A stretch of DNA of 63,299 nucleotides, filler included, from Octopus bimaculoides (Eukaryota): assembly GCF_001194135.2 (NCBI RefSeq). It is 6 parts of 6 records of this genome, joined end to end, with 100 filler letters (N's around TTAATTAATTAA, not from the genome) between each part and the next. Parts side by side here need not be neighbours in the genome. Positions count along the whole stretch, not along the records: positions 1 to 27,419 come from NC_068987.1; 5 more parts are not named here. The stretch is one strand, 5' to 3'. Positions 12,268 through 26,319 of this stretch are shown here, piece after piece. The notes under the pieces were generated by a model that saw only the letters and a list, made by a program, of their open reading frames with translations, made no database searches and was not told the DNA's origin. Positions within the stretch are counted from its first letter, which is position 1. Every line of letters begins with the position of its first letter. Position numbers and translations under genes: made by a program.

Positions 12268-12332
<65 letters not shown>

Positions 12333-12349
12333 TAATAATGATAATAATA

Positions 12350-12423
<74 letters not shown>
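11750..12423 (+). mobile_element. Dispersed repeat, probable non-LTR retrotransposon 3' UTR ending in a (TAA)n array
   Basis: Higher-GC repeat-like sequence (gggaccttttgagcgggatgggctac...gggtagtcatgatgggtatactggg) runs directly into (AAT)n at ~12266-12423. Confidence 0.45.
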
Positions 12424-12610
12424 CTTTCTACAATAGGCACAAGGCCTGATAATCCTTTTTATTATAGTCACACCGCCAGAAATTTTAAGGGATGGAGCTA
12501 GTCGACTATATCAGCCTAAGAGCTCCGAAACGATAAAAGGCAGAGTCGACCTCGGGTGGTGAATTTCAAGTCTGATCATAACGAAGCGGAAGAAATGCCA
12601 CCAAGGCTTT
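12424..12610 (-). mobile_element. Degenerate SINE (family of 46895-47125)
   Basis: gtcgactatatcagcc...aaaggcagagtcgacctcgg...gaatttcaa is colinear with the intact copy. Confidence 0.6.
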
Positions 12611-13804
12611 GCTAGAAAAGAAAGAAAAGAAAAGAAAAGAAAAGAATGGAATTAGAAAAGAAAAAAAAGGAAGGAAGGTAGAAAAACAAAAAAAAAAGAA
12701 GGAGGGGAAGATGGATGGAAGGAAGAGGAGAGAGAGAGAGAGAAAAGGAGAGAAAGAAAGACAGAAGGAAAAGAGTAAATTTATGAAAATATTGATAACT
12801 TTCAGTGCAGGTGATGCACTAAGTTTTGAGTTTCATTGCACTTTGCCTGGTCTGTTTTGTGTATTACTAGATTCTAATTTTTTTTTACTCTAATCGCCAG
12901 TTAGCCACCTCATGTAAACACATTAACTGAGTAAAAATCAATAAAATCACCACATGTATTCGTCCAAAGTAGAAATACAAATAAGAAAAATATGCAAATC
13001 AAGAGTATTTAGTTAGAAAGTGAAAAGTTGAAATACAAAGAAACGCCTTTTCTTCCTTAATGAGATCAACAAGAGAAACACACGCAGAGAACTGAGGAAG
13101 AGATGTAGAGAGAGAAGGAGAGTGGGAGAAACAAAGTAAGAGAGATAGATAGAGAGAGAGAGATAGAGAGAGATAGAAACAGAGCGACAAAGTCAGAGAG
13201 GGAAAGACAAAATTCTACATGAATATATAAATATAAGACATGACGAGAAGTTATGGAAACCAAGTAGTGCCTTAAGCAAGAAATCCTTGCACTATCACGA
13301 AAATTCCGCCTCTGTGAAGAGCGTAATTTTTCTCGGAAGAAAACAGAAGCACAGTTCGTTTTCAACCGGTTTTGTCAAGATCGAGACAAAAATTATAGAG
13401 AAATGAATTTGCCTTTTAGCAGTTGAAATATACCACAAGCATATTTTAACTAACCTAAACTTTGCGTATGCCTAAACAATGCTTCGCGCTATTATTTCAG
13501 TAAATTTCACAACCAGGCGGTCTGCTGATGCAAATCAGTCAACATTGTTGTCTGTATTTTAGATAAAGCTACCGCTTTATAAGACCTGTTCAGAGCTGCC
13601 TCTCTTAGGTATTTTCCATTGATAAAAGCTAAAGAGCTAGGAACATCGATGTCTGGGAATCCTGGTAGATGATGTCAATGAACAGATATGGTGCTTTTAC
13701 ACACCGTTTTACCATAAGGGTAAATTTTCTCCATGGTAAGTGCAGTGAATTTGAATTTTGGCAGTTGGGATATGTCACAAACATATAATATATATATAAT
13801 CTTT

Positions 13805-14111
13805 TACTTGGTTCGTTCATTTGACTGCGGTTATGTTGGGACACAACGTTGAAGGGTGTTTTTTTTCAGTCGAACAAATCGACCCCAGGACTTATTTTTT
13901 TAAAAGCATGGTACTTGTTCTATCGGTCTCTTTTGCCCAACCGCTAAGTTACTACAGGCATCTTTCAGTTTCCGCCTACCAAATCCACTTACAAAATCTT
14001 GGTCGGCCCGAGACTATAGAAGAACATACGTGCCTAAGGTGCCACGCAAGGTGTCACTGAACCGGAAACCGTGTAGCTGGGAAGCAAGCTTCTCACCACA
14101 CAACTACGCTT
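13805..14111 (-). mobile_element. tRNA-derived SINE (family of 45705-45895, 24590-25190, 23000-23450)
   Basis: Reverse complement AAGCGTAGTTGTGTGGTGAGAAGCTTGCTTCCCAG..CCGGTTCAGT..GCGTGGCACCTTAGGCA..GTGGATTTGGTAGGCGGAAACTGAAAGA. Confidence 0.8.
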
Positions 14112-14859
14112 ATATATACATACATGTGTTTGCTTGTGGAGGTGGGTGGGGATGTATATGTGTGTGTGCTCGTGCGTGTGTTTGTTGCTCTACCGCTAGA
14201 CAGCAGGTTTTGGTCTGTTTACGTTCCCATAAGAAAATCATAGAATATGTATCAAACGAATAACTACTGGTGCTGCGTTGTTCCACTACAGCTTTCATGG
14301 TGATCCTCCAGCATGGTCGCCTTTCAATGACTGAAGTAAACGCTAAAGGAAATAATTGTTACTACTTTAGGAACATAATAAGGACACTACGTGCCAACAC
14401 GTGCTTGAACCAGTCTGTACTTTTCTCGGCATTGTTTCTCGACATCTCCGCTTATTGGTCTGATGCCGAGGAAAAGGAGTCAGCACACAGCAACCCATAG
14501 GTGAGAGGAAGAAAATATTCTTATGATCGTTGTATCATTGCATAAAGAAAATGAGATGGTTGACGAAATGGAAAAAGAGACCCGCCAGACAACGAAGCAA
14601 AATTACAGCCATGACAACAAAATAATAATAAAAACAAACTAAACATGAAACAACAAAAACAACAACAAGAATATCGACTCTGACGTAAATAACAACAACG
14701 GCATTAGAGAGCAGAGCAGCTACAATAAGAACCAAAAAAGAAAGGCAAGGAAATACAGAAGTAAACTCACAAATGCAACAACAAATGCAACAACAGCAAC
14801 GGCAGCAACAACAACAATAGGGCAGGCTTTGGTGTTTTATTTATCATTATCCGTATCAG

Positions 14860-14928
14860 CAGTAGTGCAGTCAATACTGCGTTGCAATACCTGGAAATGG
14901 CAGAATTGGGAGCATTGTCGAATGAAAT
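14860..14928 (+). CDS. Candidate 69-nt internal exon of an unidentified host gene
   Basis: Acceptor ttttatttatcattatccgtatcag (ends at 14859) and donor GTAAGA (14929). It is open as [22 protein letters not shown] or (A)[22 protein letters not shown]. Not recognised. Confidence 0.25.
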
Positions 14929-15080
14929 GTAAGAAATATGACGATATCATGCGTAAGATTGTGAATTTATGATTATGTAGGCTGATATAAATATATAAAC
15001 AAGCATATATATATATATGTGTGTGTGTGTATGTGTGTGTGTATGTATATTTATATACATACATATATGTGTGTGAGTAC

Positions 15081-15148
<68 letters not shown>

Positions 15149-15329
15149 TCATATTTACATATATGTATGAGTGAGTATGCAGGTACATGTGTATATGTGT
15201 GTATATTTGTGTGTGAGGATCAGTGTGATCGTGCATTGCCAATGGTAGCATCGACTTCAGCAAAGATATGTAATAAATAAGATAAACGGTTAACTGAACA
15301 ATTAAATATAAAATGGCGATTTTCCCAAA

Positions 15330-15770
15330 CTTTTCTTTCGGATCGATCGCCAACTTTCGAGCAAGAAACTACGGAGTCTTCTTGGTAGAATAATAGTTAA
15401 ATTAGTCAGAGTTAGAATGTGTGAGGAGTATAATTTAGCACCGAATATGACGGACAGAAGAAATGTCTTAGGTATGAGGTGGAAATAAATAAAATAACTA
15501 ATTAGAATACCTGGAAAATCCCTGATTAGATGGGGTGAACTTCTAATCAAAAATTTTCTACGGCTTGGCAGATTAAATAATACTGACTGGTTCTTGAATA
15601 AGAGAAACTAAGTCTTTAGTTAGTTCGAAAATGTCACTCTTTGTCATTCGGTGCTGACGAGGAAGAGAACGATTTCGAAATCAATGCATGCACCAATTCA
15701 CTAGAAAGTGCTCTGAACAGACTATGGTGCTTTTAAAATTTCTTGTAGAATATATTTTCTTGACTAAATA
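15330..15770 (+). mobile_element. Probable PLE terminal fragment with decayed HHR
   Basis: GGTG-CTGACGA-GGAA-gagaacga-TTTC-GAAA...CACC at 15650-15694. Confidence 0.4.
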
Positions 15771-15798
15771 TTTATATATATGTATGTATGTATGTATG

Positions 15799-15830
<32 letters not shown>

Positions 15831-16836
15831 TGTATATGTATGTATGTATGCATGTATTTATCTACGTATGTATATTCTATTTCTTTGCCTCACTTTTGCC
15901 TCCTTCCCACTTTATTTCTCTCATTCTCCCTCCCTAATACCTTACTTCGTTCTGATTTTCTATTGTTTTTCTCTTGTCTCCAGTCTTACAAGATATATTC
16001 ATTTTCCTTTGCGTTACCCCATATCTGCCTGCCTTGCAGCCGGACGACTTCCTTTTCTATGTGCATGTTTTATTTTGTTGTGTTTATTNNNNNNNNNNNN
16101 NNNNNNNNNNNNNNNNNNNNNNNNNNNNNNNNNNNNNNNNNNNNNNNNNNNNNNNNNNNNNNNNNNNNNNNNNNNNNNNNNNNNNNNNNNNNNNNNNNNN
16201 NNNNNNNNNNNNNNNNNNNNNNNNNNNNNNNNNNNNNNNNNNNNNNNNNNNNNNNNNNNNNNNNNNNNNNNNNNNNNNNNNNNNNNNNNNNNNNNNNNNN
16301 NNNNNNNNNNNNNNNNNNNNNNNNNNNNNNNNNNNNNNNNNNNNNNNNNNNNNNNNNNNNNNNNNNNNNNNNNNNNNNNNNNNNNNNNNNNNNNNNNNNN
16401 NNNNNNNNNNNNNNNNNNNNNNNNNNNNNNNNNNNNNNNNNNNNNNNNNNNNNNNNNNNNNNNNNNNNNNNNNNNNNNNNNNNNNNNNNNNNNNNNNNNN
16501 NNNNNNNNNNNNNNNNNNNNNNNNNNNNNNNNNNNNNNNNNNNNNNNNNNNNNNNNNNNNNNNNNNNNNNNNNNNNNNNNNNNNNNNNNNNNNNNNNNNN
16601 NNNNNNNNNNNNNNNNNNNNCGTCGCTGCATTTGGTATGTCTGTTTACAAGTATATGTATAACATTTATACAAACATAGTGTGTGTGTATGTGTGTGTAC
16701 GAGTATTTGTGTGTATGTATAAATATATGTATATATGAATATACTTATATACATGTATTTATATATATATACTAATATATAAATACAAATATATATGTAT
16801 ATGTATGTATATGTATGTGTTTCTATATGTGCATGC

Positions 16837-16872
<36 letters not shown>

Positions 16873-17376
16873 CAACTAAGGAAACGTCGATTGTGGTTGG
16901 TGATTTGCAGAGAAGACAGTACATTTCGAACAGTAAACGTGTAAGGACAGCAGAGAAAGAGTGGGTATTTACTCTAAGAAGAGGGAAAAAAACTGTAAGA
17001 AGGTGGTGTATATACTCACAATCAGACATACACGCACGCACACGCACACCCGCATGCATACGCACACCCGCACGACACGCACACACGCACACACACACAT
17101 TGAGAAAGAGAGGTAGATTGATATCTATATATATACATATACATATAGAAATGTATACAGTTATATATATATAGGTATGTATAAATATGTGTATAAATAT
17201 GTGTGTATGTCTACCCCCACACACACACATATATATATATATAATAATAATATTATTAGGGACAAAATCCAAAATTNNNNNNNNNNNNNNNNNNNNNNNN
17301 NNNNNNNNNNNNNNNNNNNNNNNNNNNNNNNNNNNNNNNNNNNNNNNNNNNNNNNNNNNNNNNNNNNNNNNNNNNN

Positions 17377-17414
<38 letters not shown>

Positions 17415-18744
17415 GTGTGAGTGTGTATGTGTTTGAGCTTTGGCTTGCCCGTGAGCTTGTGCGTAATGCAGGATGGCAGAATCAATATAGTTCGGACAAA
17501 ATTGGAGATCGATTTTATTCTATTTTCGTTTGACAAAGTAAATTCTGCTTACACAGTCAATCTAAAGATGGCATTGAGTTGTAGCAAAAATCTAACGTTA
17601 ATGTAAGCACATTAAAATAAGCAACGAACATGTGTGACTTAGTATGCAACTAGCAATTAATTGGCGGTTAAGCTGTGGCATGTTTAGTGACTTTGAAACC
17701 GGAGTTGAGATTTAGATCCGATAATAATGATAGAGCATTTTCTACTTACTAACTACAGAGAGAAATTGTATAAAAGCATAGCATCGAAGATATTTTACTA
17801 GCTTCGAACGTATAAATGTTTTAATTTTCTACACATTTTTGCGTGAGAGAAGTGGGGAGCAAATTTTTGATGGTCGTTCGTTTCCTTTCGATGAATCTCC
17901 GCATAAATGCCTGAATTCTAGCAAAGAAAGATAATAAATCTAATTTACAATGTTGTCACCTAAATAAGTAAACAATGTAGCCGAAGTCATATAAACAGTA
18001 TGTCTCGTGTGATGGACGATTGCAGACGTCGGTTTTGTTTAACGACTTCCGTTTCTCGTTATTACAAATCGTATACATAGTGCTTATTTTTGCATTTATA
18101 ATAGCGATCTCCGAACAAGGTTTTATAGTTACATACACATTCAGTTATACATGATCACAGCTATACGAATATTAACACATATAGATGAGTTCTGTTTATC
18201 CATTTTCACACTTGTGCAAGAGTGCATATATAAACGACTGTTAGATACACATTCATCATGTTATCTGCTGTGTGATATTAATAATGTCTTTATTATTAGC
18301 ATTTTATTATTACATGATGGAATGCATTCCCAGGTTTCTAAGCTGCCATGGTTTTTCAACAGTGCAACTTACTTCTATATTCCATATTTCTTCAGTATCA
18401 CCATGTTCTATTAGATATAAATCATGTAAGCGAAAACCAATTAAGGTATTGATAAACAGTATTTAGGAATTAATATTTTACATGTAAATTATATAACATT
18501 ATAAGAATCAAAGTGAGACTGTAAAGAAGAGACAAGCTCATTGCCAAGACTCGATCTTATAACCGATCTCTTGCCGAGTTATTATCTTACCGGCTTGAAA
18601 ACTGCACAAATGAGAAAAAAATTTTGATTCTATTTGGAATTTACGTGCCTATGTCCAGAAGTATGTCACCCCTTTTGATAAAGAAAAGAGTTAAACTAAC
18701 TCAAAGCCGAAAACGCACTGGCTTCAGTGACTGACAAATTGAAC

Positions 18745-19138
18745 GTAAGTCCCCAACGTACAGAGCCGTATCCCGATTTCAAATTTTGATGCGGACTATC
18801 TTAATTCCCAGCAGCACCTCTTAGCGCCTAGGGCTAAACTCGACTACCTCTGGCAGAATTATAAGAAAAACCGTTGAAAACGTGTATTGAGATACAAAAC
18901 GGTAAAAGTGTAAATAACAAATTTAGCCTTTAGGTTCTAATTGCTAATGAGCCACCCTTTTTAATTGTTGTTTACACTCTTACCGTTTTGGAAATCAGCA
19001 CACGTTTTCAACGGTTTTCTTATAAGACTGACAGAGATAATCGAGTTTAACCCTAGGCGTTAAAAGCCGCTGATGTCGACTAAGACATCTACATCAAAAT
19101 TCGCATTTGTGATCCGGCTATGTACGTTGAGGACTTAC
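18745..19138. mobile_element. Foldback element / MITE (~175-bp inverted arms)
   Basis: 18745-~18919 aligns as the reverse complement of ~18964-19138 (gtaagtccccaacgtac..aaccgttgaaaacgtgt..aaaacggtaaaagtgtaaa). Confidence 0.85.
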
Positions 19139-20099
19139 CTCCCTTTGTCAGTAACTTAAGCGAATGTCTTTCTGGCTTTGGGTTAGTTTTCTGACCTGTA
19201 TTAATTTTGCCTTTATATATATATATATACATATATTGTCTGTGTGTATACCTATATATCTATACCTATCTATATATGTGTTTGTGTACGTGCGCGCGTG
19301 TGTATGTGTGATTGTATGTGAGAGTGTGTGCATGTGTATGCGTGTATGCATACATGTATGTATATATATATATNNNNNNNNNNATGTATTCCAATGTATG
19401 CGTGTGTGTGTGTACGTATGCATGGAAGTGTGTGTTTTGTGTGACTGTAATATACAATAACATGTATATCTGTGTGTCTAAGCGGTTATATATTTGTAGT
19501 GGTAGTAAAAATAGTTGAGTGAATGAAATTATAAGGCATTGGATTAATAGCCTGTCAGTTGAAATTTGCTGCAAGCATTCCAAGGACAATCAATTACATG
19601 CACCTGTTTTCATTAGCCGTCCCGGTTGCGTAAGGAGCTTCTCTGAAATGTCACTTACACACATAAACCATTCATAGATAACTTTTCAATAAATTAAAAG
19701 GTATGTTTAGGACAGGGACAAAAAATAATTATTTCACTTATTCTTTTCATCCTTTCAGTCATTAAAATTCGGGCATACTGAGGACAACTTTCTCGGGTAC
19801 TTGTCAGTTTTCTCGCCCAGTCTGGATCGGTATATTATCTACTTAGCGGTTGAAGAAAGGACTGTTGTCAAGCTTGATTTTGCGTAGTTTTGTTTTTGTT
19901 ACAAGTTAATACTAAGTGCTAAAAACACGTCATCTTAACAACGTCAGTGGTTTTTTGTCATTGAGATGTTGTTGTGGGTAATTTCTCTCAGACCTTCTCG
20001 GGTGGCAGCATGCTGGTTTCTGATATGGCAGTTGTAGAATATTCCACTTTAGGACGCAATATGTGTGCTTCTATTTTATCCTCGTTTGCTTCATAAAGT

Positions 20100-21600
20100 T
20101 TGACTTTAGCCTAATCGAGCTTCATGTCTGTATTCCTTGAAGACCTAGAATGATGATTCTGCGGCGCTGCTTTTTTCATATTAGGTTTGACCATCGTTTC
20201 ATACTCATTGGAAGCAAAGATTTATGTTTTTACTGCAGAAAAGACTTTAAAACAAACTATATGACACTAGATCATGCTAATATCCACTCATCATCTAGAA
20301 GAGCCTACTTTCCCACGAATATTCATTGGACATCTGTAACGAGACCTATAAAGGAAGTACATCAAATGCATTTTCGAAGTCTTCATTTATTGTATTTCCA
20401 ACAAAAATATAGCTCATCACCTGCATTATATTTTCAGTTTTACCCTCAAATATCTTCAAACGTATTACTTTTCCCTCACACTGATTCCATCTTAAGACAC
20501 TTAAAACTGTTTGTGGTAAAGTAGATAAACGTAATCACAAATCATTGACATTTGAAGATTTTTAGAAACACCAGGAAAAATATATTCGTGGTTTTTCTCC
20601 AAGGCATTTTATTGTCAACAGACAGATCATGTTACTAATTATGTTGAACTATTCTAACCCAGATACGATTGCCCGATCCAACGCCATGTACGAACATGCA
20701 TCAATCTTTGTACAATGTAAAGAATTATCAACTGCATCAGGTATCTTTCTGCAACACACTTTTGCTTCATATTTCTTTGTAGTTTTAGATGATCATATAT
20801 TTAGGCAAAATCTCGACATCATTCAAACCAAAGGCCTCACCATCAATCAGAAGCGATCGAGCCATTAGAAGAGCATGTATCACACTGGCTTTGATTAAAC
20901 AGATGATCTTGCTCTCCAAGCTAATCAACTAATGATGCTCGTGATTTACCATTCCTTGACTGTACTGCAGTCAAAACCTGAAGAAAGAGGGACGAAAGTG
21001 ACCTTCCTGTTTGTTCCAACGATTGCACGCAACACAAGAAGACTATCGATTTTAAGTAAACTCGGTTCTTTGACGCTAACAAGAAGAAACACTTACTGAA
21101 CACAAGAGACTATAAGAAGCTTCACTTCGTCTAACAACCAACAATTCCAAAGTCAACAAGGATTGCATTTTTCAGGGCATATGTAAAGAACTTTTTTCTG
21201 TCGTGGAAACACACCTGAACTTAGGAGAAGAAGATTCAAGAGCGCCTTGATGATATACGCACCAGACTTTTCACATAAGTTTTTCAAATATCTCATACAC
21301 CAGGCTTATCATAAGGGCTGCAAATGTCTCATACCTGTGAGGACACGATCAAAGGCAAGATGGATGGGCATCTTCCAGACATCTACTCTTGTTATTCAAC
21401 GCAGGGTAATCGGTGACATCAAACTCGAGAGGAATAGTTTTACTTGTTTACTCTGATGGAGAAAACGAAATTTCTTTGACTAATCTAATGTTAGCAAAAT
21501 GTTTGTTCACTCATCTAGAATAACTGCAAATCTTCTTACCAGTGGTCGGACTGCTCTTTCTGCTTTTAAGCTGTCACTGAATCTTGAACACAACAGCAGA
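20100..21600 (+). mobile_element. Old, degenerate RTE-clade LINE reverse transcriptase region
   Basis: Eroded RT motifs occur in order: PDTIARSNAMYE (P..IV..I..MYE), SGIFLQHTFASYFFVVLDDHIFRQ (GVLQGDTLAPYLF), TDDLAL (ADDIAL) at ~20900, DFK*LGS, RIAFFRAYV and ERLD/YTRLIIRAANVS. Confidence 0.75.
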
Positions 21601-22999
21601 CCGGGTTTAGCGTTCTATAACAGTTCTGCTTTATGTGTGGCATATCAGTTAAGTAATTTTAGAAAATATAGAGTAACACGCAGAAATAAGGAGGGATTGT
21701 ATTTTCTTGAGTCGGGAAATCATAATTATCTTTAAACACAATCTCAAATGTTTAACGCATCACAGAAAACCAGAAACATAAAAGAATTTAGCTGTGCGTT
21801 TGCTTTAGAACCAAAATATATTCAAATACTATCAGTTAAGGCATTTAATTTTGGCAAGACAGAAATAGCTTCTACACATTCGACATCCGAGCAACTCCGT
21901 TACTTCTACTTGAAATATATATATATATATATATATATANNNNNNNNNNNNNNNNNNNNNNNNNNNNNNNNNNNNNNNNNNNNNNNNNNNNNNNNNNNNN
22001 NNNNNNNNNNNNNNNNNNNNNNNNNNNNNNNNNNNNNNNNNNNNNNNNNNNNNNNNNNNNNNNNNNNNNNNNNNNNNNNNNNNNNNNNNNNNNNNNNNNN
22101 NNNNNNNNNNNNNNNNNNNNNNNNNNNNNNNNNNNNNNNNNNNNNNNNNNNNNNNNNNNNNNNNNNNNNNNNNNNNNNNNNNNNNNNNNNNNNNNNNNNN
22201 NNNNNNNNNNNNNNNNNNNNNNNNNNNNNNNNNNNNNNNNNNNNNNNNNNNNNNNNNNNNTACGTATGCAGATATACATATATACGTATAAATAATATAT
22301 GTAGAGCTATAAGGTGCAATTCTTAGCCACGTCCATCTAGAGCGGTTAAATTTTAAAAAATCTAGTAAATCATGTCTTTCTGTTTCTTCGCTAACGATCT
22401 AATAATACCCTTTGCTCTCTTGGTTAGCAATTCAATTATTTTGCTATTAATTGCCCGGCGTTTTATTTGACCTTTACTCATACTCAGGATAATTTATTCA
22501 TAGCATTTGTATAATATTCTAAGAGAAATGCCAAAGTCTCTCTGTAGATTGGAAAATTTTGTCCAGACAATATCCTATATTACAGATGTGTAACAAAAAA
22601 ATATTTTGAAAAGTACACAATGAAATCACACTCATCCATGGAATGGAATTTCTCTTATCGATTCTATTCTCATGTTAGGATCGATGAGAAGAATTTTTCT
22701 TGGATTGTGTCGCCTACAAAATTAAACAAAAAAAGGCTATATTTGGATGAGTGGCAGAATGAATTATATTAATGAGAATATAAATATAAAACAGCGCCAG
22801 TTTCGTTTAATTTTACAGTTTTGTTACACTGAAGAAATTATATTTATGTATAATCATATTTATGTATAATTATATTTATGTATAAAATAGCCACCTATGA
22901 ATCATATTTAATGTAGATATGTCACTGATAAGCATGATTCTGCAGATTCGTTCGGGTTAATATCTCTTCTGGAAGTAGTGCGTCTAAAATATTGCAGGA

Positions 23000-23135
23000 C
23001 TGTCGTTTAGTAAACCGCGTGGCTATTTGAGCAAGCATCGGGCGTACCAAAGCCTTCTGTGGGGATAAAGTAGACGAATGCTGAAGGAGGCTCATCGTGT
23101 TTGTGTGTGTGTCTCCCTACTGTCTGTCTGTCTGC

Positions 23136-23179
<44 letters not shown>

Positions 23180-23259
23180 TCTGTCTGCATGTGTATGTGT
23201 GTGTATTTGTGTGTGTATGTATTTGTGTGTGTGTGTGTGTGTATTTGTGTGTGTGTGTA

Positions 23260-23349
<90 letters not shown>

Positions 23350-23450
23350 TGTGTCAGACAGTATCTTTGCGCTTGTGTTTGTCATCCATCACCGCTCGAC
23401 AACCAGTGTTGATGGGTCTACCTCACTGTAACTGTGCGGTTCGGCAAAAG
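23000..23450 (+). mobile_element. SINE with internal (TG)n expansion
   Basis: ttgagcaag..ccaaagcctt..gtagacgaatgctgaaggag precedes the TG array. The SINE body resumes after it (cttgtgtttgtc..accgctcgacaaccagtgttg..gcggttcggcaaaag). Confidence 0.6.
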
Positions 23451-24589
23451 ATCCTAATAAGATACTTATTTTACTATTCCTCGTGAATGAAAATATATAT
23501 GCATATTTGCAGTGTAATTTCAAAGAACTAGTTTCAATCAAAAATGGCAACCACATCACGGAAATCCACGTTCTGGGAACTCACTCGTTGCCGCAGGGAA
23601 ACTTCTAGGATGGCATACTGATAAAAGAATTTACTGAAGATGAACAGTTAGATATTTTTCAATTATCACGATGCATCTACAGCCAATATTTCCATTATTT
23701 CTCGAATCATCTAAACAATAACGAGTTTGTGAATATTGGATTGTTACTTAAGAGACACGAAAAAAAGTGAGCGTCTGATAATAACATTAGTAAAATAAGC
23801 CATAGTTATACCAATACTTTCAATGTGTCAATAAAATGTCGAGACATATATTAGCAGAGAATATGATGCTGTATTTTCTCATATATTCCAATAATACTGT
23901 ATAGAATCCATTCAGATGTTATTATTTTTTACGGACACGAAGTAATGATGAGAAGTTTGGATACTGAGAAATATATATATCATAATGTCGTTTCATGTAT
24001 TTCTAAGACACATATATCTCATAGAATATTGCTATCAAAGAATTCAATCAAATATAGTGTGACATGCGATATATTTCCTATTATTTGTGTCTTCTCATTT
24101 TGTTATACTGCATTATAGCTATAATATAAAATAACTTCCCTTCTAAATGCGTGATAGTAATCCATACACATCTTTTCCTTGTAAATACAGTTAAAATGTA
24201 ACGAACAGTTAATATATTTTAACTAACGTGTATATATATAGTTATAGTATATACTGTTAAGAGCATAGTACAGTACAGTATAAAGCTCGTCCACCTACAG
24301 ATTTACCCAGCGATATCCAGTAGTAGTAGGGAAATAGGTTGCCTAATGAAGTACCTGCACGCCTGGAGAACTACGTTACGTGATAACAATTGTAGATATT
24401 AAAAAATAAATGTCCACCCATACTCCTTGTTGACTCCAATTTTTGTTAAAAATATATGTATAAAAAATGTAACTACACGTACTTTTGGCGATTTCTTTTC
24501 CTTCTTTGAAAATTTCTCTTTCTCGTGACCCAGCCTGTATATGTATGTACATATATACAGGGTCACTTTTATTCTTTTCTCCTTTTAAT

Positions 24590-24770
24590 AGTCTCAGTCA
24601 TTTGATTGCGGTCATGCTGGAACACCATCCTGAAGGAATTTAGTCGGACAAATCGAATTCAGAAATCAATTTTTAAGTCTAGTACTTATTCCACCTGCAA
24701 GGTTACGGGGACGTAAAAATACCAACACCGGTTATCAAACGAGACGGCGGGGTCGAACACATGCACAAAG

Positions 24771-24803
<33 letters not shown>

Positions 24804-25190
24804 TATACATATGCATATAGATAATACATATATATATGTATATATACTTGCATACATGTATACGTATACATGCATANNNNNNNNNNNNNNNNNNNNNNNN
24901 NNNNNNNNNNNNNNNNNNNNNNNNNNNNNNNNNNNNNNNNNNNNNNNNNNNNNNNNNNNNNNNNNNNNNNNNNNNNNNNNNNNNNNNNNNNNNNNNNNNN
25001 NNNNNNNNNNNNNNNNNNNNNNNNNNNNNNNNNNNNNNNNNNNNNNNNNNNNNNNNNNNNNNNNNNNNNNNNNNNNNNNNNNNNNNNNNNNNNNNNNNNN
25101 NNNNNNNNNNNNNNNGTGCCACGCAGTGGGACTGCACCTTGAACCATGTGATTGGGAAGCAAGTTTTTCCCACCCATCCAGTCCTGCACC
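24590..25190 (-). mobile_element. SINE with internal microsatellite and gap
   Basis: The tRNA-like head is at 25115-25190 (gtgccacgcagtgggactgcaccttgaaccatgtgattgggaagc). The body and tail are at 24590-24770. Confidence 0.75.
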
Positions 25191-25239
25191 TATATGGCCA
25201 CGCCTGCGCCTATACAGTCATGACTGCGCCTAAGTATGC

Positions 25240-25297
<58 letters not shown>

Positions 25298-26319
25298 ATA
25301 TATATATATATATTCTTTTTGTAGGCCACTTAGAATGGCCAAATTTTGTCTTATTAATATATAATATTCAGTTTAGATTTGTTACGGACCGTTGTGAAAC
25401 GCGTCAAATCGTCGAAGCTGTATTCTCCAACTGCGGAGCAGAGAGAATAATAAATATAAATATATTCTCCCCTCTTAATTTTCAGTTTTTATCATATATC
25501 TACTCATAATTGCCTAGATGCGTACACATACATGTATACACACACACGCACACATACATACACACCACACACACTCACACGCACACACACATACATACAT
25601 TCAAATATATAAACCATTTATACAAAACATTATTCTGTCATTTACATCATTTCTCGATTAGAAATACGACTGGCCCACGCACTTCAGAATTAAGACTGCT
25701 GTCTTCAACAGTACACGACGGAAATGAAAGTCAACGTCATCTTATCTGATCGTAGTTATGTTGTTTTGTTTTTGTTCTTTTAATGAAAATCTGTCAAAAT
25801 GCGATAAGTATAGATTTCGAAAATGTCTCATAATCTGAGAATAAAAATTCGGAGACATTGGTGTGCAGATAAATACACAAGAACATACCAAATAGCAAAT
25901 ATATGGAAAGTATAATGAGATTTTCTGAGCTAATCCGAGGTTTTCCAGCCTTCTATTGGTTTCTTGCGATTCTTTATTTCTTTAACGATGTTTAAAAAGA
26001 AGTCAGCTGCTTCTACTTACATAATATTTAAGCATTTACGCCCTTACATTTTGACTTGCTTCAGTCATTGGATTGCGACCATGCTGTAACACTTTCGTGT
26101 AGTGTTAGTTGAACAACTTGACCCCAGTAATTATTGTTTAGTTTAGTATTTATTCCATTTGACTCATTTTCGGAACAGCTTCGTTACTGATTCGTAGAAA
26201 GACAACATCATTTTCTCGAGCTTAACACGAGTAAACACAAACTTAAAGACACATACACAGATATACATATACACATACATAAACATATACATATACATAG
26301 ACATAGACATACATATGAC

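Noticed and set aside
22647-22695. 19-bp imperfect hairpin resembling a pre-miRNA
   Set aside because: It is short and AU-rich, relies on several G-U pairs and matches no miRNA seed family I recognise.
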